This document shows, one piece after another, positions 28,047 through 38,509 of a DNA stretch of 64,000 nucleotides (its first letter is position 1; each line of letters starts with the position of its first letter). A program made the translations under genes and the position numbers. The notes under the pieces are model-generated. The model did not search any database. It saw only the letters and a list, made by a program, of their open reading frames with translations, and was not told the origin of the DNA. This DNA comes from an uncultured delta proteobacterium (GTDB lineage Bacteria; Myxococcota_A; Polyangia; Polyangiales; B10-G4), in the NCBI GenBank assembly GCA_963727445.1, contig CAVSGI010000009.1, positions 192,001 to 256,000 on the forward strand. Direction: 5' to 3'.

Positions 28047-29072
28047 ATGCGTACGTGGCTCGCAATGCTCGCGCTCGTCGTCGGCTGCGGTGATTCCGCC
28101 GCTCCTGCCGGCTCGGGACCGGTGGTCAGCGAGCCGGCGCAGACGGGCGTGGAGCTCGTGCCATCCGCCGAAAACGGCGCCGATCCCGTTGGCACGAGCG
28201 ATGAGCCCGAAGCGACTGGAGATGCACCCGTCGCAGCGCCGGATCCCACCGCGCCACAGACGATGTTCTGGCACGGAAGTGCGGACATCGCGGGTGACGC
28301 GCACTTCGACCGCGGCAAGCCCCGGTATCACATCGTCGCCGGCGACTGCCTCGAGGATGGTGCGTGCGTCACAGCGGACGGGTTTCCCGCGATCCGAGTC
28401 GACGGAGCGGAGCTCTTGATCGCGATCGAGCAGGGCTTCGAGTACGACTATGGGATGGCCGAGCGGGGCAAGACCAAGGAGCTCGCCGCGCTCGAGCTGC
28501 TCCCCGCGCTGCACCCCCGCCACGTGTTGCCCCTCGTCGATCGCGAGGCTGCGCTCGCACACACGCGGGCGGGCGAAGAGTGCTGCGCCCAATTCGATGA
28601 TGACGAGGAGGGCTGTGAGCCGGCGGCGTGCAGTCCGAGTGACGCGACCGTGCGCCGAATCTCGGTCGAGGTACGCCGCGAGCTCGGAAATGACGTGGCC
28701 GCTGCCAACGCGTACATCCGCAAGAACCGGTACCGAACGCTCGTCGCGATCCCGGGAGCTTCGGAGGACGCACAGGGCGTGACCTTGCGGGTGAGCGTAG
28801 CGGAGGCGCCAGCCGCCGAGCCCGAGACCGAGGCCGAGCCCGAGGACGAGGCCGAGACAGAAGTGGTCGTGCGCGTGGTCGACGTCTCGAGCAACGCACC
28901 CCGCTTCGAGTCCAGGTTCACGACGTTGATCGAGGACTTCACGCCGGAGGTGCACGCCTGGCGCGACGCGGTCAGTGGGCTGGTGCTGGTGGAGGTCGCG
29001 CTGCCCACCGACGGCGAAAGCGACTACGACGGCGTCGAGATGCACTATCTGGTCGGTACGCTCTCCTCGTGA
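28047..29072 (+). CDS. hypothetical lipoprotein
   Basis: Lipobox MRTWLAMLALVVGC; GGAG RBS; acidic EPETEAEPEDEAETE tract. Confidence 0.75.
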   Translation: MRTWLAMLALVVGCGDSAAPAGSGPVVSEPAQTGVELVPSAENGADPVGTSDEPEATGDAPVAAPDPTAPQTMFWHGSADIAGDAHFDRGKPRYHIVAGDCLEDGACVTADGFPAIRVDGAELLIAIEQGFEYDYGMAERGKTKELAALELLPALHPRHVLPLVDREAALAHTRAGEECCAQFDDDEEGCEPAACSPSDATVRRISVEVRRELGNDVAAANAYIRKNRYRTLVAIPGASEDAQGVTLRVSVAEAPAAEPETEAEPEDEAETEVVVRVVDVSSNAPRFESRFTTLIEDFTPEVHAWRDAVSGLVLVEVALPTDGESDYDGVEMHYLVGTLSS

Positions 29073-29108
29073 TGGCGCCCCAGGTCACCGATGTGGCAGC
29101 CTGACGCG

Positions 29109-30101
29109 ATGCGCACCGTCTCGTTCGTGGTGGCTCTCTCGGTCGTCTTCTTCGCCTCTGCGAGCGCATCGGCGCAGGTCGTGTGGAGCGGCGACTTCGA
29201 GACGGGAGACACCTCGCAGTTCCGAAACGAGCTGAACGGGATGGTGATGGGTCGCGACTACATCGTCGTGCAGACGGAGACGGTCACCGAGGGGACCTAT
29301 GCCGCGCGCGTCGAGCTCCACAACGACGCGGTCTGGCCGAACGGGCTCAAGCGCGTCGAGCTGAACCATCGACCCGACGACGCGCGGACGGCGGAGGGCG
29401 CCGAGCTCCACTTCGCCTGGAGCTTCTATCTGCCGGAGACTCTGCCGACGGATCCGTCGCAGACCATCGGCTACTGGGAGTCCGCCTCGAGCTATCAGCA
29501 GATGATGGCGCTTCGGCTGTCGGGAGAGGACCTGGTCTTCATCACCCGCAAGCCGACGAACGTGACGCAGTGGACGGGCACGGGTGTCGCCACCCCGGGC
29601 GAGTGGCATCGCGTCGCGCTCCACGTTCTTTGGTCGAAGGACGAGACCATCGGGCGCGTGGATTTGTGGTTCGACGGCATGCAGGTCGTCACGGACGCCG
29701 CCGCCCAGACCCTCGCCGACGACAATCCGCACTTCACCCAGATCGGGCTCTTGCGCGGTGCGATCGAATTCACGGACACGCCGGTGATCTATCTCGATGA
29801 CGCCGTCGAAGGGGACTCGCTCGACGACGTGAGGCCGGATCTCGCGGGCCTGCCGATGATGGACGCCGGCGTGCCCGATGGCGCACTGCCCGACGCGAGC
29901 CCGGTCGATTCCGCGACCGCCGATACGAGCACGCCGCCGCCGCCCGACGCCTCCGTCGATGCGTCGGCGGACACCTCCACCACGAGCCCCGGTGACGACG
30001 GCGGTTGTGGTTGCGGCTCGACGGGCAGCGCGCGAGGCGTCCCCCTGAGCGTCGCGCTCGTGTTCCTCGCGTTGCTCGGCACACGTCGCCGCCGTCGCTA
30101 G
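29109..30101 (+). CDS. secreted polysaccharide-lyase-like (jelly-roll) protein with MYXO-CTERM-like tail
   Basis: Signal peptide; WSGDFETGD, RVEL, GEWHRVALHVLWS...GRVDLWFDG; C-terminal GGCGC, TM helix, RRRRR. Confidence 0.8.
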   Translation: MRTVSFVVALSVVFFASASASAQVVWSGDFETGDTSQFRNELNGMVMGRDYIVVQTETVTEGTYAARVELHNDAVWPNGLKRVELNHRPDDARTAEGAELHFAWSFYLPETLPTDPSQTIGYWESASSYQQMMALRLSGEDLVFITRKPTNVTQWTGTGVATPGEWHRVALHVLWSKDETIGRVDLWFDGMQVVTDAAAQTLADDNPHFTQIGLLRGAIEFTDTPVIYLDDAVEGDSLDDVRPDLAGLPMMDAGVPDGALPDASPVDSATADTSTPPPPDASVDASADTSTTSPGDDGGCGCGSTGSARGVPLSVALVFLALLGTRRRRR

Positions 30102-30108
30102 CCGGGCT

Positions 30109-31572
30109 TCACTCGAGCGCGAGCTTGGCGAGGAACGTACCCCTGGATGTGAGGTCGACGGTGAGGCCGTCGACGACGAAGCTTCCATCGGCGTAGCCGC
30201 CGACGACGATCGCTCCGCCGGCCAGCACGGTCACGGCTTTCAGCCTATCGTCCCCGGAGCTTCCGAAAACACGTTTCCACAGCGTGTGGCCCGATGGGTC
30301 GAGCGCGACGATGTACGCATCGAGGCCGCCCGCACCACCGACGGGCGATCCATCGAAGACCGCGCCTGAATCGATGCCGCCGACGGCGTAGATCGAGCCG
30401 TCGCCGTCGATGGCGAGGTCGTCTCCGAAGCTCGGGCCGTCGACGCCATCTCCGATGAACCGCGCCCATCGAAGCGCACCGGCTGCATCGTAGGACGCCA
30501 CGAAACCCGCTGTCCCGGCCAGCGTGCGTACACCGTCGCCGAAATCGGTGTCGCCTCGGGTGCTTCCGACGACGTAGACGTTGCCGTCGCCAGCCACGAG
30601 CGGCTCTCGTGCGTATTGCTCGAGGGGCCCCGATATCGTCCACTGGCTCTCGATCACGCCGGCGCTCGTCACCACGAAGATCGCGACATCCTGGCCCCCG
30701 GCGGAGGGGATGACACCCGAGCCCAGGTCCAGTCCCGTCTCGAAGTTCTCGGTCACGACGAAACGATCCGCGGACAGCTCCGCTGCGCCAGAGAGAAATT
30801 GGGCGCCTGCTCCACCCCAGGCGAAGGACGCGAGCTGTGACCAGGCGTCGTCGAGGAGGGCGAAGCATCCCTCGCGGTCTGCCGAACCCGACAGTGCGCC
30901 GCCGCCGAAGTCGATGCCCGCGAAGCAGCCTCCGGTGACGACGATGCTGCCGTCGGCGCGCACGAGCACTCCATTTCCGTAGTCGTCGTCGCCGGAGCTG
31001 CCGAAGACCTCCGCATTGACGAAGCCGCCACCCCGGTCGTATCGAGCGACGAACCAATCGTCGGCGCCGAAAAATCGCTCGATTCCGCCGCCAAAATCGG
31101 CGGAACCCTGGATCAGTCCCCGGAACACGACGTCGCCGCTGGGATAGACGGCGAGCGCCCCCGTGATGTCGGAGCCCGCGGTGCCGGCCGTCTGGAGCCA
31201 ACGCAAGTTCAGATCGGCGTCGAAACACCCCATCCATGCGTCGTCGTCACCGACGCTCGTTCGCGTCACACCGCCGATGACGATGTCGGCGGCGAATGCA
31301 CCGCAGCTGCAGAAGCCGTCGCCGTGGGCCGCCAAGTCCTGGACCGCAAAGGACGGCAGCATCAGCGGGTCTATCGTCGGGGTCTCGATGGCGACGAGCT
31401 TGATGGTTGGCATCGCGGAGTCAGCATCGGCCGCGTCGGTGATCGATCCGTCGGATGCGTCCATCACCGTCGCGTCCGGGCCGACATCGGGGCCGTCGCT
31501 CAGCCGATCGAACCCGACCCGGCCACACCCGAGCGAGGCCAGCACCAGGACAGCCGCTGAGCCGAACCTCAT
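30109..31572 (-). CDS. beta-propeller repeat lipoprotein
   Basis: LGCGRVGFD lipoprotein start; repeated DxFVAxYDxxG..W..xFGSSGDD / DGxIxVxG units. Confidence 0.8.
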   Translation of the reverse strand: MRFGSAAVLVLASLGCGRVGFDRLSDGPDVGPDATVMDASDGSITDAADADSAMPTIKLVAIETPTIDPLMLPSFAVQDLAAHGDGFCSCGAFAADIVIGGVTRTSVGDDDAWMGCFDADLNLRWLQTAGTAGSDITGALAVYPSGDVVFRGLIQGSADFGGGIERFFGADDWFVARYDRGGGFVNAEVFGSSGDDDYGNGVLVRADGSIVVTGGCFAGIDFGGGALSGSADREGCFALLDDAWSQLASFAWGGAGAQFLSGAAELSADRFVVTENFETGLDLGSGVIPSAGGQDVAIFVVTSAGVIESQWTISGPLEQYAREPLVAGDGNVYVVGSTRGDTDFGDGVRTLAGTAGFVASYDAAGALRWARFIGDGVDGPSFGDDLAIDGDGSIYAVGGIDSGAVFDGSPVGGAGGLDAYIVALDPSGHTLWKRVFGSSGDDRLKAVTVLAGGAIVVGGYADGSFVVDGLTVDLTSRGTFLAKLALE

Positions 31573-32783
31573 CGTGCCGTCGCGCTCCCCGACATCCGCG
31601 CGCGCAGGGCGAAGTAGCCGTAGTGACCGACGATCACCAATGCGCAGAGCGAACCGATGGTGCGGTACGCGGTCGTCAACGATCGGCCGGTCCAGTCGTA
31701 GCCCGCCATCATTCGTTCGATGTCGCCGGTGCCGTCACCGGGCGCTCCGAGGATCGAGCCGAGCGGCAGGGCCTGCGTGCCCTGGTCGATGCGGATCCAC
31801 ATCGCGAATGAGCTGGCGAAGACGCAGGCAGCAGGGATCAGCACGACGTAGCGCCAGAAGTCCCAGCGGAGGCGGTCGGGCATGCGGTAGTAGAACGAGA
31901 CGATGGCGGCGGTGCTGAGGACGAGCTCGCCCAACAGGCCGCCGAAGAGGATCCAGCCGATCGACGCACGTGGATCGAGGACGAGGCTCATGTATGCCCA
32001 GAGCGCGACGAGGACGCCGGCGGCGGCGACGCCGTAGTAACGCCGCTCCCGGTAGCTGGTCACGCCGAGGACGCCGAGCAGGAAGACGACGCAGAGGCCG
32101 GTGAACCACGACGAATCCTCGCGCCAGAAGGTGAACCCGAAGGGCAACGGCAGCGCCGCGCGACTGCTCAGCCAGGCCGGGATCGCGTGCCCGATCTCGT
32201 GGAACCAGATCTGGACGATGAATACGATGGGGCGCGCGAGGCCGAAGGCGCCGAAGACGAGCCCGATCAGAGCGGCGATCGGAAGCGCCAGGTACTGGAT
32301 GAGCGGCAGATCGTAGGGCATCCGATGAGCGCCCGCCGTGAGGCCATCGCCCTCATCCTCCGTGACTTCTCCGGATGCGGCCGGCCTGCTCGACACGACG
32401 GGCGCGCGGCTCACCGGCGGAGCTGGCTGTGCCGACGGCCGGGGTGGAGGCCGAGACGATGGCGGTCGCGTCTTGGCGATCCGACTCATCACCGGTGACT
32501 CGAGCCACGCCCCATCGCACGCGGCACACGTCATCCACGTCGTCCCCAGAAGGACGTTGCGGATCACCGGCGCGCCGCAGGCCGGACACTCGTCCATGTC
32601 GCCCAGGCTCGCCTCGCCCTGCTCGGCGCCATCGAGCGCGTGCCCGAGGAGATCGGGGAGCGTGTCGACGGAGGTCAGACCGCCGCGACAGACCGGGCAG
32701 AACTCCACCTCGATGCCCTGATAGTCGACGGCGCGAAGGGCGGCAGCGCAGCGTGGACAGGTGTGTTCACCGGGATTCATCAC
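31569..32783 (-). CDS. zinc-ribbon (zf-TFIIB-like x2) protein with M50-like intramembrane metallopeptidase domain
   Basis: CPRC..CPVC and CPAC..CAAC..GAWL; Pro-rich linker; multi-TM domain with FHEIGH. Confidence 0.75.
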   Translation of the reverse strand: MMNPGEHTCPRCAAALRAVDYQGIEVEFCPVCRGGLTSVDTLPDLLGHALDGAEQGEASLGDMDECPACGAPVIRNVLLGTTWMTCAACDGAWLESPVMSRIAKTRPPSSRPPPRPSAQPAPPVSRAPVVSSRPAASGEVTEDEGDGLTAGAHRMPYDLPLIQYLALPIAALIGLVFGAFGLARPIVFIVQIWFHEIGHAIPAWLSSRAALPLPFGFTFWREDSSWFTGLCVVFLLGVLGVTSYRERRYYGVAAAGVLVALWAYMSLVLDPRASIGWILFGGLLGELVLSTAAIVSFYYRMPDRLRWDFWRYVVLIPAACVFASSFAMWIRIDQGTQALPLGSILGAPGDGTGDIERMMAGYDWTGRSLTTAYRTIGSLCALVIVGHYGYFALRARMSGSATAR

Positions 32784-32955
32784 CGCGCGTCATCGGGCGT
32801 GAGGGGGGCGTCGTCGGGGCGCACGGGTCTCGAGATCCTAGCGCAGGACGTCACGGGGCACGAAGTGAAGGCCAATCGCTCGCCAAGGTGCGTGAGACAT
32901 CGCAGGTCGTCCCGCCAGATGCGTGGTTACTCGTGTGTAGAGCCCGGATCTCCCG

Positions 32956-34191
32956 ATGTTTCGAATCCTGAGCACTGTCCTGTTTTGTGGCCTGACGTTG
33001 GCGTCGGGAGCGGGATGTGCGGTGGCGGGCCCGACTTCGACCACCGACTCCGCATCGCTGACCGATCGCGAGCAGCTCGGACAGCTGCTCTTCGAGGACA
33101 CCAACCTCTCGGAGCCCCCCGGGCAATCCTGCGCGACTTGCCACGATCCCGGCGCGGCGTTCACGGGTAACGACGGTTCTTCCATCGATGCGGTGGCGCG
33201 CGGCGCAGGCGCCGGTGAGCTCGGAAGCAGGAACGTGCCGACCCTCATGTATGCGATGTACAGCCCGTCCTTCGACTTCGTCTTCGGACCGCTCGAGCAG
33301 GGCGGCGAAGGGTACACACCCACCGGCGGGCTGTTCTGGGACGGACGCGCCGCGAGCCTGGAGGAACAGGCGCGCGGACCGCTGCTGAACCCCCGCGAGA
33401 TGGGCAACCCCGACGTCGCGACCGTGGTCGCCAAGGTTCGTGACGCAGACTACGCCGACCAGTTCCGCGCGGTGTACGGCCCGACCGCGCTCGACGACGA
33501 TGCGTCGGCATTCGAACACATCGTCGAAGCGATCGCGTCCTTCGAGCGGAGCGACCGCTTCCGGCCCTTTTCGTCGCGCTTCGACGACTTCCTCCGCGGC
33601 ACGGCGACCCCCACCGAAGCCGAGTCGCGCGGGTTCGCGATCTTCGCCAGCGAGGAACGCGGCAACTGCATCGGTTGCCATTTCGGTGACACGGACTCTC
33701 CGGACCCCGAGGACTGGATGTTCACCGACTTCACCTACGACAACATCGGCGTGCCACGAAACGAAGAGATCCCCGACAACGCCGACCCGACCCACTACGA
33801 CCTCGGGCTCTGCGCTCAGGAGGGGCTGGCCGACGGCTCCAACGGAGTCCGTGCGCCCGACGGCTTCGACGTGGACTCGCTCTGCGGCGCGTTCAAGGTC
33901 CCGACGCTCCGCAACATCGCGGTTACCGCGCCCTACATGCACAACGGCGTGTTCGGGACGTTGGAAGAAGCTGTGCGCTTCTACTCGTCACGCAACAGCC
34001 ACCCCGAGCGCTGGTATCCGGAAGGGCCCGATGGCGCGCCCCTGCTCTTCGACGACGTCCCCGCCCGATATCGGGACAACGTGAACACCACCGTGCCCCC
34101 TCTCGACACGCAACGTGGTCTCACGGACAACGGGATCGCCGACCTCGTCGCCTTCCTCGAAACGCTGACCGACCGCGAATTCCTGCCCTGA
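32956..34191 (+). CDS. diheme cytochrome c peroxidase / MauG-family protein
   Basis: CATCH, CIGCH, GGLFWDGRA, FKVPTLRN, PYMHNG, LVAFLETLTD; N-terminal export signal. Confidence 0.92.
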   Translation: MFRILSTVLFCGLTLASGAGCAVAGPTSTTDSASLTDREQLGQLLFEDTNLSEPPGQSCATCHDPGAAFTGNDGSSIDAVARGAGAGELGSRNVPTLMYAMYSPSFDFVFGPLEQGGEGYTPTGGLFWDGRAASLEEQARGPLLNPREMGNPDVATVVAKVRDADYADQFRAVYGPTALDDDASAFEHIVEAIASFERSDRFRPFSSRFDDFLRGTATPTEAESRGFAIFASEERGNCIGCHFGDTDSPDPEDWMFTDFTYDNIGVPRNEEIPDNADPTHYDLGLCAQEGLADGSNGVRAPDGFDVDSLCGAFKVPTLRNIAVTAPYMHNGVFGTLEEAVRFYSSRNSHPERWYPEGPDGAPLLFDDVPARYRDNVNTTVPPLDTQRGLTDNGIADLVAFLETLTDREFLP

Positions 34192-34308
34192 CGCTGGAAT
34201 TTCCGTGACCGGGCGCACGTACGACGCGTGGGCTTAATTGCTCGTGTCGCCCTTGCAAGACCGTTTTGCGGTACTAATGCGACACGTACTTCGTCGAAAG
34301 GGTCCGCC

Positions 34309-35247
34309 GTGCGCCAATCCGCCACCGTCTTCGTCATCTGCATTCTGCTCTCGGCATGTTCGGACGAACGGGGGCGCTCCCCTTCGACCGATGGCGGGGG
34401 CGGCTCGGGTGACGGGAGCACGATGGACGGCGGGACGGGGACTCCCGACGCACGCATCCCTCCGACAGTCGATTCCGGTGTGCTCGATGCCGGGACCGAG
34501 TACTGCGGCCCCGACAGCAGCGTCGACGCGGGATCGACCACGCCCACGCCCGATTGCTCGGGCGGCGCCGCAGCCCCCGGCTGTCTCTGCGATACCGTCG
34601 GCGCGACCCAGACCTGCACCAACGGGCGCACGATGACGTGCAACGCGTATGGGGAGTTCGGTGGCAAGTGGGGTCCCTGTCTCGGCACCTGCTTCTCGAG
34701 CGGCACCTGGGCCATCGACAACCTGGTCCCGTGCTTCATCGGTGACGGCACCACGACCTACGCATTCTCGAGCTCGCTCGTCTCCGGCATGGCCGACTGC
34801 GGCGGGATGGTCAGCTCCCTGCCGCCGCCCATGCCCACGAGCGACTGGAGCACGGACTCGCTCACCGTCGATTGTCAGGGGCAGTTCACCCTCTGCTACA
34901 CGCTGAAGGCCGGCGACGGCAGCGCCCCGACCGACAGCGACTGCACCGTGGCGCGTGTGTGCACCTCCGGTTACTACGCCGAGGCCAACGTCACGCAGGC
35001 GCTGCCGCCGCTCAGCGGCTGGCTCGGCACCGACACGGCGTGCGCACAGGCGTTCCTGGACGAGGGTGGCTACGGCGAGATGTCGGTCGTGGGCCTCACC
35101 ATCGACTGCGAGCAGATCGACGACGGCGCCGGCGGCGAGTACGTGTTCAACCGCGTGACCTACTGCCCGTCCTGCTGCAACGACGGATCCTGTTCGTCCG
35201 ACCCGCTCTGCTCCATGTGCGGTATGGGCGGCTCCGGCGGCTTCTGA
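34309..35247 (+). CDS. Cys-rich lipoprotein
   Basis: GTG start, lipobox ILLSAC, DGG/DAG/DSG linker, many Cys, C-terminal GGSGGF. Confidence 0.8.
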   Translation: MRQSATVFVICILLSACSDERGRSPSTDGGGGSGDGSTMDGGTGTPDARIPPTVDSGVLDAGTEYCGPDSSVDAGSTTPTPDCSGGAAAPGCLCDTVGATQTCTNGRTMTCNAYGEFGGKWGPCLGTCFSSGTWAIDNLVPCFIGDGTTTYAFSSSLVSGMADCGGMVSSLPPPMPTSDWSTDSLTVDCQGQFTLCYTLKAGDGSAPTDSDCTVARVCTSGYYAEANVTQALPPLSGWLGTDTACAQAFLDEGGYGEMSVVGLTIDCEQIDDGAGGEYVFNRVTYCPSCCNDGSCSSDPLCSMCGMGGSGGF

Positions 35248-35292
35248 GCACGCGGGCCAGGACCTTCGCATCGCTGCGTGCGCCGGTGATCT

Positions 35293-36495
35293 TCACTCGT
35301 GCCGCAGCGCGTCGATCGGATTCATCCGCGCGGCCTTGCGCGCGGGAAAGAAACCGAAGACGACGCCCACCGCCGCTGAGAAGAAGAAGGCGATGATGAC
35401 GATCTGGGGCGCGAACACGAAGACGATGCCGAGCGCGCGGGAGGCCAGGTAGGCTCCACCGAGGCCGATGGCGACGCCCAGCGCGCCCCCGAAGGTGGAC
35501 AGGAGCATCGCCTCGACCAGGAACTGGAAGAGGACCTCGCGAGCCCGCGCGCCGATGGCGAGGCGGATACCGATCTCGCGCGTTCGCTCGGTCACCGACA
35601 CCAGCATGATGTTCATGATCCCGATGCCGCCAACCAGGAGGCTGACCGCTGCGATGGAACCGAGGAGCGCGGTGAGCACGCCGGTGATCGTCCCGAGCAT
35701 GCGCGACACCTCTTTGAGATCGCGCACCTCGAAGTCGTTCTCGTCGCTGCCGCGGATGCCGCGCCGCTCGCGGAGCAGCGCGGTGATGTCCTGCTGAACC
35801 TTCGGTGTCCCGCTGGCCTGCGCCGCGGTGACGAGCACCGTCCCGATGTCGTCGGTGCCGATGATTCGGCGCTGTACCGCCGCCAGGGGCATGAGGATGA
35901 AGTCGTCCTGATCCATGCCGAAGGTCGATTCGCCACGCGCCTCGACGACCCCGATGACCTCGCAGGGGACGTTGTCGACCCGGATCGTTGCGCCGAGCGG
36001 ATCGCCCGCGCCGAAGAGCTCGCGGACGACGGTCGCTCCGAGCACGCAGACGGCGGCGCCGGTGCGCTCCTGCGCTGGCAGGAAGGTCTCGCCCGACGAG
36101 AGGGACGAGCCGCGCACGTCGAGATAACTCGCCGTCGTTCCGGTGGCGGTCGTCGTCCAGTTCTTGTTGGCATATACGACGCGCACCGCGCGCGACGCGA
36201 TGGGGGCGAGCATCTCGACGCCGGGGAGCTCCGCGATCGCTTCGATGTCGGCCGCGGAAAATGGCGCCGCGGAGGTGGAGGCGCCGCCCATGACCCGCGT
36301 GCCCGGCCTCACGACGAGTAGGTTCTCGCCCATGGAAGCCACCTCGTTCGTCACCTGCGCCGACGCGCCTTCGCCAAGCGTGACCATCGCGATCACGGCG
36401 GCGACGCCGATGATGATGCCGAGCGCGGTGAGCGACGAGCGCAACAGATTTCGGCGAATCTCCCGGATCGCCATCGCGAGCGTCGCCCAGATCAC
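35293..36495 (-). CDS. ABC transporter permease, MacB/FtsX family
   Basis: RSSLTALGIIIGVAAV, VGGIGIMNIMLVSVTERTREIGIR, PARKAARMNPIDALRHE. Confidence 0.95.
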   Translation of the reverse strand: MIWATLAMAIREIRRNLLRSSLTALGIIIGVAAVIAMVTLGEGASAQVTNEVASMGENLLVVRPGTRVMGGASTSAAPFSAADIEAIAELPGVEMLAPIASRAVRVVYANKNWTTTATGTTASYLDVRGSSLSSGETFLPAQERTGAAVCVLGATVVRELFGAGDPLGATIRVDNVPCEVIGVVEARGESTFGMDQDDFILMPLAAVQRRIIGTDDIGTVLVTAAQASGTPKVQQDITALLRERRGIRGSDENDFEVRDLKEVSRMLGTITGVLTALLGSIAAVSLLVGGIGIMNIMLVSVTERTREIGIRLAIGARAREVLFQFLVEAMLLSTFGGALGVAIGLGGAYLASRALGIVFVFAPQIVIIAFFFSAAVGVVFGFFPARKAARMNPIDALRHE

Positions 36496-37208
36496 GACGG
36501 CACCCCGTCGCTCAGGATCCGCCCGTCCCGGAACTCCACCACGCGGGACGCGTAGTGGGCGTACTCTTGCTCGTGCGTGACCATCACGATGGTGATGCCG
36601 CGCTCCTCGTTCAGCGAAGCCAGAAGGCGCAGGATCTCTTCGCTCTTTTGCGAGTCGAGGTTGCCCGTGGGCTCGTCGGCCAGAAGGACGTCCGGCTCGC
36701 TCACCATCGCGCGGGCGATCGCCACGCGTTGCTGCTGTCCGCCGGAGAGCTCGTTCGGTTTGTGGGAGAGACGGTCGCCGAGGCCGACGGAGTCGAGCGC
36801 GGTCTTCGCGCGCGCCCGACGCTCGTCGGTCGGCATGCCGCGGTAGAGGAGCGGAAGCTCCACGTTCTCGAGCGCGCTCGTGCGGGGAAGGAGGTTGAAC
36901 CCCTGGAAGACGAACCCGAGGTAGTGGCGGCGCAGGAGCGCGAGCTGGTCGCGGTCGAGGCTGCCCACGTCGACGCCCCGGAAGAGATACTTGCCGCCGG
37001 TCGGTACGTCGAGACAGCCGAAGACGTTCAGGCAGGTCGACTTGCCCGAGCCGCTCGCGCCCATGACGGCGACGAACTCGCCGCTGCGGACGAGGAGATC
37101 GACGCCGTCGAGCGCGCGGACCTCCGCCGCGCCCTGGCCATAGACCTTCTGCACCGCCTGCAGCTCCATGAGCTCGCCGCCGGGCTCGACGTGGTGCACC
37201 TCCATCAT
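36492..37208 (-). CDS. ABC transporter ATP-binding protein, MacB/LolD type
   Basis: [32 protein letters not shown]. Confidence 0.96.
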   Translation of the reverse strand: MMEVHHVEPGGELMELQAVQKVYGQGAAEVRALDGVDLLVRSGEFVAVMGASGSGKSTCLNVFGCLDVPTGGKYLFRGVDVGSLDRDQLALLRRHYLGFVFQGFNLLPRTSALENVELPLLYRGMPTDERRARAKTALDSVGLGDRLSHKPNELSGGQQQRVAIARAMVSEPDVLLADEPTGNLDSQKSEEILRLLASLNEERGITIVMVTHEQEYAHYASRVVEFRDGRILSDGVPS

Positions 37209-38455
37209 GGGTGACGGGGTCCGCTGCCGCTTCCGCGAGGCGTCGGCGCACGCTCGACATCGACGATGACGGGAGCGCCGCTCTCCAGATCGCCGCCGGT
37301 GATCTCGGTGACGCGTCCGTCGCTCGAGCCGACCTCGACGTTCACGGGCTCCGGCTCGCCATCTTCCAGAACGAAGACGCGGTGGTGAGCCGCGCTGTCT
37401 TCTTCGCCGCCAGCGGGCTGTTCGGGTTCCCAGTCGGGCGGCCGGAATCGGAGGGCCGTGTTCGGGACGAGGAGCACGTCGTGGTGTTCCTCGGCGAGGA
37501 TGCGCGCGGTCGCGGTCATCCCGGGACGGAGCAGTTGCTCGGGATTGTCGGCGTCCAGCACCGCCTCGTAGGTCACGACGTTCTGAACAGTGCGCGGAGT
37601 GTTGTGCACCGACTCGACCGTCGCGTCGAAGGTCCGCTCCGGGAACGCGTCGACGGTGAAGGTCGCGTGCTGCCCCTCGCGCACCTTGCCGATGTCCGCC
37701 TCGTCGACGGCCACGTGGAGCTCCATCTCGTCGAGGCTGCCGGCCAGAACGAAGAGCACCGGGGTCTGAAAGGCGGCGGCCAGGGTTTGACCCGGCTCGA
37801 CGGATCGGCTGAGCACGACGCCGGTGATGGGCGAGCGAATGGTCGCCCGGTGCACGTTCTCCTCGGCCGACTCCACGGTGGCCGTCGCCAGGGCCACTTC
37901 GGCGCGCGCGCTCTCGACGCCGGCGACGGCGCGCTCGGCGGCGGCTTCGAGCGCTTCGACCTCCTGCGCTGCGAGCCCCGAGAGACCCGGCAGGTTGTGT
38001 GCCCGGGTCACGCGCGTCTGCGCCTCGTGCTCGGTCGTCACCGCGGTGCGAAGCCCGGCCCGGGCCGCCCGCAGCTGGGCGCGCGCCTGATTGAGATTGG
38101 CGCGAAGCGACTCGTCGTCGAGGCGGATGAGGACCTGACCCTCTTCGACGTGATCGTTGAAATCGGCGAGCACCTCGGCGACCCGTCCCGAGATCTCCGG
38201 CCCGACCTCCACCTGATTCACGGGCTCGAGGGTCCCGGTCGCGACCACCTCGACGGAGAGGTCACCCCGCTCGGCGGCCTGGGTCTCGTAGCGCGTCGGC
38301 GCCGGCCGGGACGCCCGGACCCAGGCAAAGATCCCCGCCGCCACGGCCGCGGCCACGACCACCAGGATCACGACCGTGCGCACGCGCCGCCGCCAGGCCG
38401 CTTTGCCGGTGGCGCCGATGTTGTCGAGAACCTCGGCGTCGGGGACACGACTCAT
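37205..38455 (-). CDS. periplasmic adaptor (MacA/HlyD-type membrane fusion protein)
   Basis: N-terminal TM, VEVGPEISGRV, helical hairpin, IRSPITGVV, VDEADIG, LRPGMTA. Confidence 0.93.
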   Translation of the reverse strand: MSRVPDAEVLDNIGATGKAAWRRRVRTVVILVVVAAAVAAGIFAWVRASRPAPTRYETQAAERGDLSVEVVATGTLEPVNQVEVGPEISGRVAEVLADFNDHVEEGQVLIRLDDESLRANLNQARAQLRAARAGLRTAVTTEHEAQTRVTRAHNLPGLSGLAAQEVEALEAAAERAVAGVESARAEVALATATVESAEENVHRATIRSPITGVVLSRSVEPGQTLAAAFQTPVLFVLAGSLDEMELHVAVDEADIGKVREGQHATFTVDAFPERTFDATVESVHNTPRTVQNVVTYEAVLDADNPEQLLRPGMTATARILAEEHHDVLLVPNTALRFRPPDWEPEQPAGGEEDSAAHHRVFVLEDGEPEPVNVEVGSSDGRVTEITGGDLESGAPVIVDVERAPTPRGSGSGPRHP

Positions 38456-38509
38456 CGCCCGAAAGGTACTCCCAGTCCGCCGATATCCAAGCGGGAAGCA
38501 AAGCGCCGC

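Noticed and set aside
32956..34191. Methylamine utilisation (mau) cluster
   Set aside because: No mauA/B/D/E-like genes are present in the window.
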